This document shows positions 15,674 through 24,807 of a stretch of 40,595 bases of DNA, piece by piece. The DNA comes from a virus (Duplodnaviria; Caudoviricetes): the IMG/VR virus record IMGVR_UViG_3300049483_000094, positions 1 through 40,595 of that record, one strand, 5' to 3'. Each line of letters begins with the position of its first letter. The first letter of the stretch is position 1. The translations under genes were made by a program, and so were the position numbers. Under the pieces are notes generated by a model. It did not search any database, had not been told where the DNA came from, and saw only the letters and a program-made list of their open reading frames with translations.

Positions 15674-16168
15674 ATGGCCGAGACGGTCACAGAAGAGGTA
15701 GTCGAGACGACTACGACAACCGAACCGCAAACCAGCACGACGGGCAAGACGCTCGACGAGATGGCGGCGGAAGTAGCACGGATGGAGAAGGCGCTCAAAG
15801 AGGCAAACAAGGAAGCGGCCAGCCGACGCAAGAAGTTGGATGACTTCGAGAAGGCGGAACAGGCGCGCAAGGATGCCGAACTGAGCGAGGTAGAACGTCT
15901 AAAGAAAGAAGCCGAGACGTATAAAGCGCAAGCGGCAGAGGCCCAGCGGTCGGTGCTACAACGTGACATCGCCGCCGAGGTGGGTTTGCCACCCGTGCTG
16001 GCCTCGCGTCTGCAGGGCGCGGATCGTGAGGCGATGATCGAAGATGCGAAGGCGATGCTTGAAGCGTTGCCGAAGCCGACCACGCCGACCGGACGCGCCA
16101 CGAATCCGGGCGCGGCTACGCAGGGCGAGACGGATGAGCAGCGCCGTCAACGTCTGGGGCTTCGTTAA
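15674..16168 (+). CDS. Capsid scaffolding protein
   Basis: Acidic N-terminus; EAASRRKKL...AELSEVERL coiled coil; LPPVLASRLQG; directly before the capsid gene; AAGGAG RBS. Confidence 0.85.
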   Translation: MAETVTEEVVETTTTTEPQTSTTGKTLDEMAAEVARMEKALKEANKEAASRRKKLDDFEKAEQARKDAELSEVERLKKEAETYKAQAAEAQRSVLQRDIAAEVGLPPVLASRLQGADREAMIEDAKAMLEALPKPTTPTGRATNPGAATQGETDEQRRQRLGLR

Positions 16169-16183
16169 ACGGAGCAATAAACC

Positions 16184-17053
16184 ATGACCACGCAGTTGAA
16201 CACCTGGAGCGATATTAGTTCCATCGCTCGACTGATTCAAGAGGACGCGGTTTTCATCGAGCGCGACACGAACTTCATGTCGCAGATCGTGACCACGTTC
16301 GGAGATATGAGCGGCGGCAATCTCCGCAAGAACTATCAATACAACGCGGGGACGGCCAAGAGCATCGGTGAGTCGGACGACCTGACCAGCGATGCGTTCA
16401 CGCCGTCGCTGCTGAACACCCTGACCCCGGGCGAGATCGGTGAGCAATTCTTCCTGACCGATCTGCGCGTTGAGTCGGATGCGCCTGAGCGCATTCGCAC
16501 GGACGCGGCGCAGGAGTTGGGTTTCGCAGCGCGGGACAAGATCGAAACCGACCTGTTGGGTACGTTCTCTTCGCTGACGGGCGGCACGGTCGGCGCAGCG
16601 GGCACGGTGATCAATTGGTCGTATGTGTTCGCCGCGGCAACACTGGCACGCGCGGCGGCCAAGAATCGCAGTATGCCGCTGTATTGTGTAGTTCATGAGT
16701 ATCAGTGGCACGTGCTGGCGAAGGCAACCAGCGTCGCGGGTATCACGCTGCAAACCGTACCGGATCGTCTGGTCGGGCCGGGCGGATCGTGGTACGTGGG
16801 CAGCGCGGCGGGTATCACCTTCTACGCGACCACTAACATCACGGTCGACACCAACACTGACGCGGTCGGCGGGATGTTCATGAAGCCCGCGCTCGCGCTG
16901 GATGTGCGCCGCCCGATTCGCGTCGAGCCTGAGCGCGATGCTTCACGGCGCGGCTACGAGTTTAACATGAGCGCCGTCTATGCCTATGGCGTATGGCGGC
17001 CCAAGTTCGGTGTCAAGATGATCTTCGACGCCGCAACACCGACGGGGGCTTAA
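16184..17053 (+). CDS. Major capsid protein
   Basis: 289 aa after the scaffold; ELGFAARDKIETDL and ERDASRRG...AVYAYGVWRP fit HK97-fold capsid termini. Confidence 0.85.
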   Translation: MTTQLNTWSDISSIARLIQEDAVFIERDTNFMSQIVTTFGDMSGGNLRKNYQYNAGTAKSIGESDDLTSDAFTPSLLNTLTPGEIGEQFFLTDLRVESDAPERIRTDAAQELGFAARDKIETDLLGTFSSLTGGTVGAAGTVINWSYVFAAATLARAAAKNRSMPLYCVVHEYQWHVLAKATSVAGITLQTVPDRLVGPGGSWYVGSAAGITFYATTNITVDTNTDAVGGMFMKPALALDVRRPIRVEPERDASRRGYEFNMSAVYAYGVWRPKFGVKMIFDAATPTGA

Positions 17054-17054
17054 C

Positions 17055-17429
17055 ATGAGCGATGAACTTAGCAGCATGACACTCCATGTGGGCGCGTTTA
17101 ACGGCGCGACCGAACTGCCGTATGCTCATGTGCCGACTGCCCTCGGCGGGATCACCGTCCTAGAAGCCCTGTTGTTTTCACCGGGCGCGGGTACGGCCAT
17201 CGGCGGGCTGTTGGTCACGTTCGGCAATGTCGCCACCGGCGGCACGCCCGCGATCAATGGCACTATCGGCTCGTTCGCAGGCACGATTGTCACGGCGGCG
17301 GGCGTGGTCCACAAGGCCACGATCAGCACGCCGTTCGTGGCGAATAACTACTTCATCGGGTACGACCAGACCAGCGGCACGATTCCAGCGGGATCGTTCA
17401 TTCAGGTCAACTACGTCACCGGCAAGTAG
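17055..17429 (+). CDS. Putative capsid decoration protein
   Basis: 124-aa Gly/Thr/Ala-rich beta protein immediately after the capsid gene. Confidence 0.6.
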   Translation: MSDELSSMTLHVGAFNGATELPYAHVPTALGGITVLEALLFSPGAGTAIGGLLVTFGNVATGGTPAINGTIGSFAGTIVTAAGVVHKATISTPFVANNYFIGYDQTSGTIPAGSFIQVNYVTGK

Positions 17430-17439
17430 TTCGAAGTTG

Positions 17440-17527
17440 AAACTACGGGCTAGGGTCGCACCCGAAACGGCAGAGACATCCCCACTGCCTGCCCGTAGTT
17501 TTTGGGGATAGCGTGAGGGGATAACGC
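17440..17527 (+). ncRNA. Three-way-junction leader RNA with an anti-SD loop, upstream of the glycosyltransferase
   Basis: AAACTACGGGC (17440-17450) pairs with GCCCGTAGTTT (17491-17501); hairpins GGGT-CGC-ACCC and GGCAG-...-CTGCC; loop ATCCCCA complements TGGGGAT (17503-17509) and GGGGAT (17517-17522). Confidence 0.65.
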
Positions 17528-18721
17528 ATGAAGATCAACTGGTTCTCCAACGCGCCGTGGGCGGCGACGGGTTACGGTAACCAAACCAAACTGTTCACGC
17601 CACGGATCAAGGCGCTCGGCTACGATGTGGCGATCTCGGCGCTTTACGGGTTGCAAGGGTCGGTGATGAATTGGGGCGATGTACAAGTGTTCCCGTTGTG
17701 GGATCATCAATACGGCATGGATATTATCGCATCGCACACCAGACAGATGCAGGCTGACATTGTGTTGAGTCTGTTTGATGCGTGGACTTTGCCCGCCGAA
17801 GAGTTTAAGAAAAACGATATGCGCTGGTGTCCGTGGTTTCCGGTGGATTGCGAACCGCTGCCGCTGGCGGTGTATCGGCAGGTCAAGGACGCCTATCAGC
17901 CCATCGTGTTCAGTCAGTCGGCGCTCAAACAGGCGCAGAACTTCGAAGTCGATGCATTGTATGTGCCGCACGGTGTAAACGCCAAACTATTCGCGCCCGG
18001 TGACAAGCAAGCCGCCCGCGCCAAGTTGAACCTGCCGACTGACAAGTTCATCGTTGGCATGGTCGCGGCGAACAAAGACCCGGCGGATCGCAAGGCGTTA
18101 TTCCAGCAGATCGAAGCGTTTGCTTTGTTTCACCGCAAGCACGCTGACACGGCGTTACACCTACACACGTACAGTGGAGACATCAAAGGCGGGCCGAATG
18201 CGCTAAACCTGCCGGAGTTCGCAGAATACCACGGCTTGAAGGTCGGTGAGGATGTGCTATTCTGCGATCAATATGGTTACGTGCTGGGCTTTAGTGACGA
18301 ATACATGATCGGATTTTATAACGCGCTCGACGTGCTGCTGAACGTCTCGAAGGGTGAGGGCTTTGGCATTCCGATCCTTGAGGCGCAAGCCTGCGGGACG
18401 CCCGTCATCATCGGCGGCTGGACGGCGATGGAAGAATTGTGTTTCGGCGGTTGGTCGGTCGAGCGCAGCGAGGCGGATCGGCAATGGGTCACCACCGGCG
18501 GATATATGTTCACGCCGCGAATCGGCGCGATTGTAGATCGGCTGGAAGCGGCCTACAAGAATCGACGCCACGACAAGATCGGGCAACTGGCGCGGGCCGG
18601 GGCGCTGGCTTATGACGCCGACACCGTGACCATGCAATACTGGAAGCCGGTGCTTGAGTCCATCGCCGCCAGAGTGCAGGCCGAGCAGCAGCCGCCGGCG
18701 CCGGATGTGGTGACGCTATGA
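17528..18721 (+). CDS. GT-B glycosyltransferase (family 4-like)
   Basis: SNAPWAATGYG N-terminal loop; VPHGV; SKGEGFGIPILEAQACGTPVI (EX7E motif). Confidence 0.92.
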   Translation: MKINWFSNAPWAATGYGNQTKLFTPRIKALGYDVAISALYGLQGSVMNWGDVQVFPLWDHQYGMDIIASHTRQMQADIVLSLFDAWTLPAEEFKKNDMRWCPWFPVDCEPLPLAVYRQVKDAYQPIVFSQSALKQAQNFEVDALYVPHGVNAKLFAPGDKQAARAKLNLPTDKFIVGMVAANKDPADRKALFQQIEAFALFHRKHADTALHLHTYSGDIKGGPNALNLPEFAEYHGLKVGEDVLFCDQYGYVLGFSDEYMIGFYNALDVLLNVSKGEGFGIPILEAQACGTPVIIGGWTAMEELCFGGWSVERSEADRQWVTTGGYMFTPRIGAIVDRLEAAYKNRRHDKIGQLARAGALAYDADTVTMQYWKPVLESIAARVQAEQQPPAPDVVTL

Positions 18722-19248
18722 ACGAGGGCAAATGGCGCAAGATGGCTGACGATTCGCCCGATGCCGCCGACCACATGCCGACCTACGGGCAATACGCGGC
18801 GGGGCGCGTCGTGACAGAGTTCGGCGTGAGATGGGGACATAGCACGCTCGGCTTCATGCTGGGCGGGCCGCGCCGCCTGACCAGTTACGATATCAACAGC
18901 GAGAAAATTATTCCGGTCGACATGTTGACCGAAGCCGCGCACGATCTGAACGTCGATTGGCGCTTCGTGTGTGGCAATACGCTTGAGATCACGATTGAAC
19001 CGTGCGACGTGCTGTTGATCGACACCGTGCATACCGGCGCGCAGGTGGCCGCTGAACTGGCCCGCCATGCCGATAACGTGCGGCGCTTCATCCTGCTGCA
19101 CGATACGGCCATGATGTTCAGGACGGACGATTGCAACTCAACCGACATCTGGGATGCGATCATCGCGTTCGTTAATCATGGATACTGGCGCATCGCCAAA
19201 CATTACGCCAATAATAACGGATTGACCGTTCTGGAGCGTGTGCCGTGA
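18718..19248 (+). CDS. Class I SAM-dependent methyltransferase (Methyltransf_24-like)
   Basis: VTEFGVRWGHST, SYDI, DVLLIDTVH, ILLHDT, NNNGLTVL. Confidence 0.82.
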   Translation: MNEGKWRKMADDSPDAADHMPTYGQYAAGRVVTEFGVRWGHSTLGFMLGGPRRLTSYDINSEKIIPVDMLTEAAHDLNVDWRFVCGNTLEITIEPCDVLLIDTVHTGAQVAAELARHADNVRRFILLHDTAMMFRTDDCNSTDIWDAIIAFVNHGYWRIAKHYANNNGLTVLERVP

Positions 19249-19850
19249 TCAGCGTCATTGTGCCGACCGTCGCGGGGCGTGAGGCAATCTTTGAGCGCAC
19301 CATCGCCGCGTATCGTGACACGCTGGCCGGGATTGACTATGAACTTATCGCGCCGCGTAACTATGACGCGATTGGCAAAGCATGGCAGGCGGGGCTTGAT
19401 CAAGCGCACGGCGACCTGATCCAGTTCGGTTTGGATAACGCGATACCGCAGGCGGGCTGGTACGACGCGGCACGCTCGACGTTGGCGAAAAATGTTATCC
19501 CGGCAGCGTGGATGTCGCTGGAAAACGGCGACACGTGGGCTTGTGGCTCGTTGGGCGGCGGGCTGGTACTGAGTAAATGCGCCGACTGGACACCCTGCCG
19601 CCAGTCCGGTTTGTGGTGCGCGACCGATGTCATGTGCCGGGCGGTCGGCTCGTTTCTACCGATTCACTACTACACCGATGATGACTGGTTCTGGCGCGCA
19701 CAACTCTCGGGCTATACCTGCGTCGTGCGGCTTGACTATCATTTCGTGCGGATACCGATCAAAGACCGGCACAACGCCGCGATCAACGACAAAGCAGCCG
19801 AAGCGCGGCAGGCCTACCTTGACCACGCGCAAACATTCACAGGAGCGTAA
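19245..19850 (+). CDS. GT-A glycosyltransferase (family 2-like)
   Basis: ISVIVPT...R N-terminus; AWQAGLDQAHGDLI; YYTDDDW; DxD site degenerate (LDN). Confidence 0.75.
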   Translation: MISVIVPTVAGREAIFERTIAAYRDTLAGIDYELIAPRNYDAIGKAWQAGLDQAHGDLIQFGLDNAIPQAGWYDAARSTLAKNVIPAAWMSLENGDTWACGSLGGGLVLSKCADWTPCRQSGLWCATDVMCRAVGSFLPIHYYTDDDWFWRAQLSGYTCVVRLDYHFVRIPIKDRHNAAINDKAAEARQAYLDHAQTFTGA

Positions 19851-19853
19851 CAC

Positions 19854-20261
19854 ATGGCAACCTTCAACAAGTTCCAGCCGTTCGTGGAAGCCGTCGCTGA
19901 GAAGGTACACAACCTCGGCTCTGATCAACTGGTCATCGCGTTGACCAACAGCGCGCCCAGCGCGGCCTATGCCACGCTAAGCCAGATCACGCAGATCAGT
20001 TATACCAATCTATCGAGCCGCAACGTGACGACCAGCGCGAGCGCGCAGACCAGCGGCACGTATAAACTCACGCTGACCGATCTGGTCTTGACCGCATCGG
20101 GCGCGGTCGCAACTTTCCGCTATGTGGTGCTGTACAACGACACGGCCAGCAATGATGAGTTGATCGGCTGGTATGACTACGGGTCGTCAATCACGCTGGC
20201 GAACAGCGAGACGTTCACCATCGACTTTGACGGTAGTAATGGTGTGCTGACGTTAGCCTGA
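19854..20261 (+). CDS. Virion structural protein (fibre or collar associated)
   Basis: FRYVVLYNDT...LIGWYDYGSSITLANSETFTIDFD, a pattern I recognise from phage virion proteins; AGGAG RBS. Confidence 0.6.
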   Translation: MATFNKFQPFVEAVAEKVHNLGSDQLVIALTNSAPSAAYATLSQITQISYTNLSSRNVTTSASAQTSGTYKLTLTDLVLTASGAVATFRYVVLYNDTASNDELIGWYDYGSSITLANSETFTIDFDGSNGVLTLA

Positions 20262-20281
20262 TCTGCCTATGAGGTGATGAA

Positions 20282-21436
20282 ATGCCCGGCGTCAAAGTGA
20301 TGACGATTATTTTGTGTGCGGCGTGTCTGACAGTGGCGATCCTGTGCGGCTTGATTTTTAATGTGACCGCACAGGCCATACCCGGTTGGCTGCATACTGA
20401 CGGCGCACATATCAAAGACTCGGCGGGGAATGTCGTCATGTTGCGCGGCGTACACATGTATGTCTGTCTGCAAAATGAGCAGGCCAAATTTACATCGGCA
20501 AAAGCGTTGGGCGCGAACGTGATCAGATTGGCCTTTTGGAAAAATGCCGTCGAGGGCAACCCGACTGCGCCCTGTACGTCTGGACTACCCGCCCTTGATC
20601 TGGCGATTGGCTACGCCAGGAACGCAGGGCTAAGAGTCATTCTCGATGAGCAGGTATGGGCGTCGGGTATTCCCTCTGCGCCCGTGGCGTTTTTCACTGA
20701 TCCGGCCTTACAAGAATCGTGGTTGGCGATGTGGCGAACGCTGATCAACCGCTACAAAGATAATGATACAGTCGTTGGAATTGATCCGATGAATGAGCCG
20801 TGGTCGATTCAGAACAAGCCGACTGGTTGGAAAACCATGTGGGAGAGCATCGTCAAAAACGCGATCACACAACTCAAGCCGCTTAATCAAAATCTGATCT
20901 TTTTCCCAGAGGGGACGGCCTGGAATATCAATCCGATGTGGGATGACCTGGCTTTTCTACAACAGCTGAATGTCGTGCTGAGTGATCATGTTTACGGGCA
21001 GAAGTCTATGCAACAAATCAATGATCGCTATGCGCCATTTACGGGACTGCCGATCTATCTGGGTGAGATTGGCTTCCTGTCCTCTGAGCAGAGTTGGATG
21101 GAGAGCCAACTTGATAACCTTGATGCACTTGGGCTGCATTACACCTTATTCGTCTATGGCGTGTCGTCGTGGGCATTACCCTATGACATTGTTGATGCGT
21201 CGTATAATCTAACGGCCATCGGCCAGATATACCGTGATCATCTGGCCTCACTTGTGCCCACACCCACGGCTACACCGACGAACACGGCCACGGCTACAAA
21301 AACAGCGACACCGACCAGTACGCCGACACCAACGCCGACGAACACCGCAACACCAACGCCGACCAGCACGCCCGAATGTAAAAGAGTGGTTTTTACCGAT
21401 GGTGCAGCGTTGACGATTTGTAAGGACGCGCAGTAA
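20282..21436 (+). CDS. Exported GH5-like glycoside hydrolase with signal peptide and Pro/Thr-rich tail
   Basis: Hydrophobic N-terminus ending AQA; LHTDGAHIKDSAGNVVMLRGV, GANVIRL, GIDPMNEP, HVY, IYLGEIG; PT-rich linker. Confidence 0.85.
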   Translation: MPGVKVMTIILCAACLTVAILCGLIFNVTAQAIPGWLHTDGAHIKDSAGNVVMLRGVHMYVCLQNEQAKFTSAKALGANVIRLAFWKNAVEGNPTAPCTSGLPALDLAIGYARNAGLRVILDEQVWASGIPSAPVAFFTDPALQESWLAMWRTLINRYKDNDTVVGIDPMNEPWSIQNKPTGWKTMWESIVKNAITQLKPLNQNLIFFPEGTAWNINPMWDDLAFLQQLNVVLSDHVYGQKSMQQINDRYAPFTGLPIYLGEIGFLSSEQSWMESQLDNLDALGLHYTLFVYGVSSWALPYDIVDASYNLTAIGQIYRDHLASLVPTPTATPTNTATATKTATPTSTPTPTPTNTATPTPTSTPECKRVVFTDGAALTICKDAQ

Positions 21437-22773
21437 TGGCAATCGCTAAAGTTCAGAACGCAATACTAGGTTATTCCGCGTCGGCTCAGGTAACAAAAGC
21501 TTGGGGGACAACACCGACGTCGGGTAATTTGCTTATTGCCTTTGCCAAAGGGAGTACTGCCAATACTAATGCGTCTATTACCGGCTGGACTGCGGCGGTC
21601 GGCGGGATGTGGGGGTCGGCGGGCGGCTATGAGATATTTTATAAGGTCGCAGGAGCCGGTGAGGGGTCAGTTGTCCTAGATTGGGCGTCCTCCAATAATA
21701 CGACGCTCATTATCATGGAGTGGTCTGGCGTTACAGTCCTCGACAAAACTGCCTCCGTGGGAACTACCGGATCAGGTGTGACATCGCGTTCATCGGGCAC
21801 AACTGCAACAACTACCGCCAATGATGAACTCTGCGTGGCTTGTGTAGCCACTGGAGATGTCACAACCAGTCGATCATGGAGTAATTCGTTTTCGTCAGAA
21901 TATGACTCCAATAGTTATTCATTGCAGGCCGCCTCACGCATCGTCTCGTCAACCGGAACATACGAGACGACGATGTCATGGACGACTACCCGCGTGGCGG
22001 GCGGGTGTATTGCGACTTTCAAGGCGAGTGCAGCAGCCTACACCCTGACGGCAGCAGCCGGCTCGTTTACCGAAGCCGGGCTTGATTCAAATTTGCTGTT
22101 TGGTCGGCGGCTGATTGCTGATACTCAGACTTACACCGAGACAGGCAACGCGGCTAATTTGCTATTCGGGCGCAGTCTAACCGCCGATGTGCAAGCCTAC
22201 GCGCTGACCGGCAATGATGCGAACCTGTTACGCGGCTGGAATTTGACGGCAGATGTCAGCGCGTTCACGCTAACCGGGCTGGATGCGGGATTACTGGCGG
22301 CGCGCATCTTAACAGCCGATACCACATCCTATGCGCTGGCCGGTATCGATGCCGCGTTGACCTACACCCCGACCGGCGCATACCTGTTGACTGCCGAAAG
22401 CGCGGCGTATGTCATAACTGGTAACGCGGCGGGGATGTTGGCAAATCGGCTCATAATCGCCGATACACAATCGTTTACCCTGACGAGCAATGCGGCGGCG
22501 CTGTTGCACGGCTGGTGGTTGGCGGTGGAAACAGGCGGCTACGCGCTGACGGGCAATGCCGCCAACTTTGTCAGGACGTATCAACTAGCCGCTGATCGCG
22601 CAGCCTTCGTCCTGATGGTATTCGATGCGCTGCTCACGTATAGCGCCCTGACAGTTTATCACGCGCCGGGCACGCGGCGTTTGTATGAAGCGCACGCACG
22701 ACCAAACATTGAGGCAGACGACTATGGCTACATTCAAGCAAGCAGCGTCAGAACAATCAACGCCGGAAATTAG
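21436..22773 (+). CDS. Fibre or adhesin-like virion protein: Ser/Thr-rich head plus about nine 22-aa repeats
   Basis: Consensus L-T-A-D-x3-Y/F-x-L-T-G-x2-A-x-L-L-x-G-x2 repeated from about 22045 to 22650. Confidence 0.65.
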   Translation: MAIAKVQNAILGYSASAQVTKAWGTTPTSGNLLIAFAKGSTANTNASITGWTAAVGGMWGSAGGYEIFYKVAGAGEGSVVLDWASSNNTTLIIMEWSGVTVLDKTASVGTTGSGVTSRSSGTTATTTANDELCVACVATGDVTTSRSWSNSFSSEYDSNSYSLQAASRIVSSTGTYETTMSWTTTRVAGGCIATFKASAAAYTLTAAAGSFTEAGLDSNLLFGRRLIADTQTYTETGNAANLLFGRSLTADVQAYALTGNDANLLRGWNLTADVSAFTLTGLDAGLLAARILTADTTSYALAGIDAALTYTPTGAYLLTAESAAYVITGNAAGMLANRLIIADTQSFTLTSNAAALLHGWWLAVETGGYALTGNAANFVRTYQLAADRAAFVLMVFDALLTYSALTVYHAPGTRRLYEAHARPNIEADDYGYIQASSVRTINAGN

Positions 22774-23617
22774 AACGTGGGTGGTAGATTACACCGACGA
22801 TCTGCTGACGGGTGTCACCGTTGCCAGCGGCACGGCCATTCACACGCCGCCCAGCGGCACGGCAGGCACGCCGACGATTGCGCTCGCCTCACCATATATG
22901 AATGTCACGCTTGGCCCGCTGAGTGCGAAGGGCATTCACTATCTCGAATGTCGCGCCACATTGAGCGACGGCGAGATCAACAGCGTCACGATCTCAATTC
23001 CGGTTGGTTATCAGCCGACCACCGCCCGCGAGGGTATGCTTGATCTGATCGATGAAGTGCGCGGCATGGCCGACGTCGGGCCTGCCGATTTCAAGGTGGG
23101 CGCGGAATCATACTGGTCGGACGCGCACATCCAGAAGGCGCTCGACCGTCACCGCATCACCGTTTACCAGGAAGAATTGGAGATGTGGCCGACACTCGAC
23201 ACGGACGGATCGTACATCTGGCAGGAGTATCGCGCCACGCACGGCAATCTTGAAAGCGGGACGGCGGTCTTTAACGTGCAACAGTTGAACGGCGGCACAG
23301 CGCCCGCCTATACCGTCGATTACAGCGCGGGCATTATCACCTTCACCGCTGATACTGGCGGCATGTCTTATATGCTCACGGCGCGCGCGTATGACTTAAA
23401 CGCGGCGGCGGCGGACATCTGGCGCGGCAAAGCAGCGAACGCGGCCAAGTATTTCGATTTCTCGACCGACAATCATTCAATCAAGAAGTCACAATTCTAT
23501 AAGCAATGTCTGGACATGGCGCAGCAGATGTCGAGTATGTCTGAGACGCAATCGTTTAGCGTGACGACGATCACGCGCTCGGACGTGAACACGGTAGGCG
23601 ACGAATGGGACTTCTAA
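22724..23617 (+). CDS. Head-tail adaptor, apparently a two-domain fusion
   Basis: Likely ATG 22724 (MATFKQ); Ig-like N-terminal part, then LIDEVRGM...YDLNAAAADIWRGKAA connector-like C-terminal part. Confidence 0.65.
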   Translation: MATFKQAASEQSTPEIRTWVVDYTDDLLTGVTVASGTAIHTPPSGTAGTPTIALASPYMNVTLGPLSAKGIHYLECRATLSDGEINSVTISIPVGYQPTTAREGMLDLIDEVRGMADVGPADFKVGAESYWSDAHIQKALDRHRITVYQEELEMWPTLDTDGSYIWQEYRATHGNLESGTAVFNVQQLNGGTAPAYTVDYSAGIITFTADTGGMSYMLTARAYDLNAAAADIWRGKAANAAKYFDFSTDNHSIKKSQFYKQCLDMAQQMSSMSETQSFSVTTITRSDVNTVGDEWDF

Positions 23618-23973
23618 GCGATGCTGATCTCGCTATGATGCGCGACGTGATCGCGCAGACGTTGCCCGATACCTGTAACGTCCTGAGTGAGTCGCTCACA
23701 CCCGATGGTCAGGGCGGCGTGACCTCGACGTGGGGCACGGTTGCGGCCAATGTGCCGTGTCGCCTGGATAGCATTGTGCTTAGATCAAACATGCTCATGC
23801 CCGTGGCCGGGGCACAGCGGCAGGCGCATCAGTTTGAACTCACCACGCCCTATGACACGACGATTAGCACAGGTAATCGCGTGGAAGTCGGCTCATCAAC
23901 CTATACGGTCGTCAGCGTCAATGTCAATGTGTCCTGGAAAGCATCGGGCCGCGCTGTGTTGGAGTTGATATGA
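23605..23973 (+). CDS. Head closure / stopper protein
   Basis: LPDTCNV...DGQGG...VPCRL pattern; position after the adaptor. Confidence 0.75.
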   Translation: MGLLSDADLAMMRDVIAQTLPDTCNVLSESLTPDGQGGVTSTWGTVAANVPCRLDSIVLRSNMLMPVAGAQRQAHQFELTTPYDTTISTGNRVEVGSSTYTVVSVNVNVSWKASGRAVLELI

Positions 23974-24383
23974 GCGTCACGGTGAAACTGGACACGAGCA
24001 AACTGACCGCGCTGATTGCCAGCGTCCCGGCGCAGGCCGAGAAGTTGACGAAGGATGCCGCTTTCTTAATTGAGCAAGGCGCGAAACTAAACATTATGAA
24101 TTGGCCGCTGATCGATACGGGTGCGCTATACAACAGCATTCAGGCGCAGCAGGACGGGCCGGCGAAGTGGGTCATCGGCGATTTAGGCGGCTATCACGGA
24201 TCTCGCCCGTCACGATTCGGAGAACGCAGCACAAAAGCGAGCATGGAATATGCAGTATTCTGGGAGTTGGGACACCGTAACATCTTCAAGCGCCGCTATA
24301 TGCGGATGCCGTTTCTTGGACCGGCGGTCGTGGCGGTTGAAAACAAGTTCACCGACATGATCGCGAAGGGGTTGATCAAGTGA
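23970..24383 (+). CDS. HK97 gp10-like tail completion protein
   Basis: IDTGALYNSI...EYAVFWELG...PFLGPA. Confidence 0.8.
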   Translation: MSVTVKLDTSKLTALIASVPAQAEKLTKDAAFLIEQGAKLNIMNWPLIDTGALYNSIQAQQDGPAKWVIGDLGGYHGSRPSRFGERSTKASMEYAVFWELGHRNIFKRRYMRMPFLGPAVVAVENKFTDMIAKGLIK

Positions 24384-24796
24384 GCGCGTTTAACGCACTC
24401 GGCGCGGCCATCTATACCAAACTGTCGGGCGGCACGGCGCTCACGGCGCTATTGTCAGGCGGCACGGCGTCGATCTACTCTGTGATCGCGCCTTACGAGG
24501 CAGACTATGATTACGTGATCTTCAATGTGCAGCAGGGCAACGAAGCCAACGACACAAGTCACCGCGTCAAGGACATTACCTTGCAGGTGCGCGCCCACTC
24601 GACGCAACTGGCGAAGGCGGGCACGATTGACGCGGCGTGCGATGCGCTGCTGCACGGACAGGCGTTGACGGTGACGGGCTGGAAAACACTACGGGCGGTG
24701 CGATCAGTCGATATTGAACTGATCGAATACGACGAAGCAAACCGACCGATATTTACGCGCGGCGGATTGTATGACCTCAAAATCGAGAAGAGTTAA
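24380..24796 (+). CDS. Tail terminator (DUF3168-like)
   Basis: AIYTKLSG...IYSVIAP...YVIF...DALLHG; precedes the tail tube gene. Confidence 0.75.
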   Translation: MSAFNALGAAIYTKLSGGTALTALLSGGTASIYSVIAPYEADYDYVIFNVQQGNEANDTSHRVKDITLQVRAHSTQLAKAGTIDAACDALLHGQALTVTGWKTLRAVRSVDIELIEYDEANRPIFTRGGLYDLKIEKS

Positions 24797-24807
24797 GGAG
24801 ATCAAAA

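Noticed and set aside
15956-16753. 265-aa minus-strand ORF
   Set aside because: Antisense to the scaffold and capsid genes; typical GC-rich shadow frame
22685-22773. Possible readthrough or frameshift fusion of the fibre and adaptor genes
   Set aside because: ATG 22724 with GAGG upstream explains the overlap, and I see no slippery site
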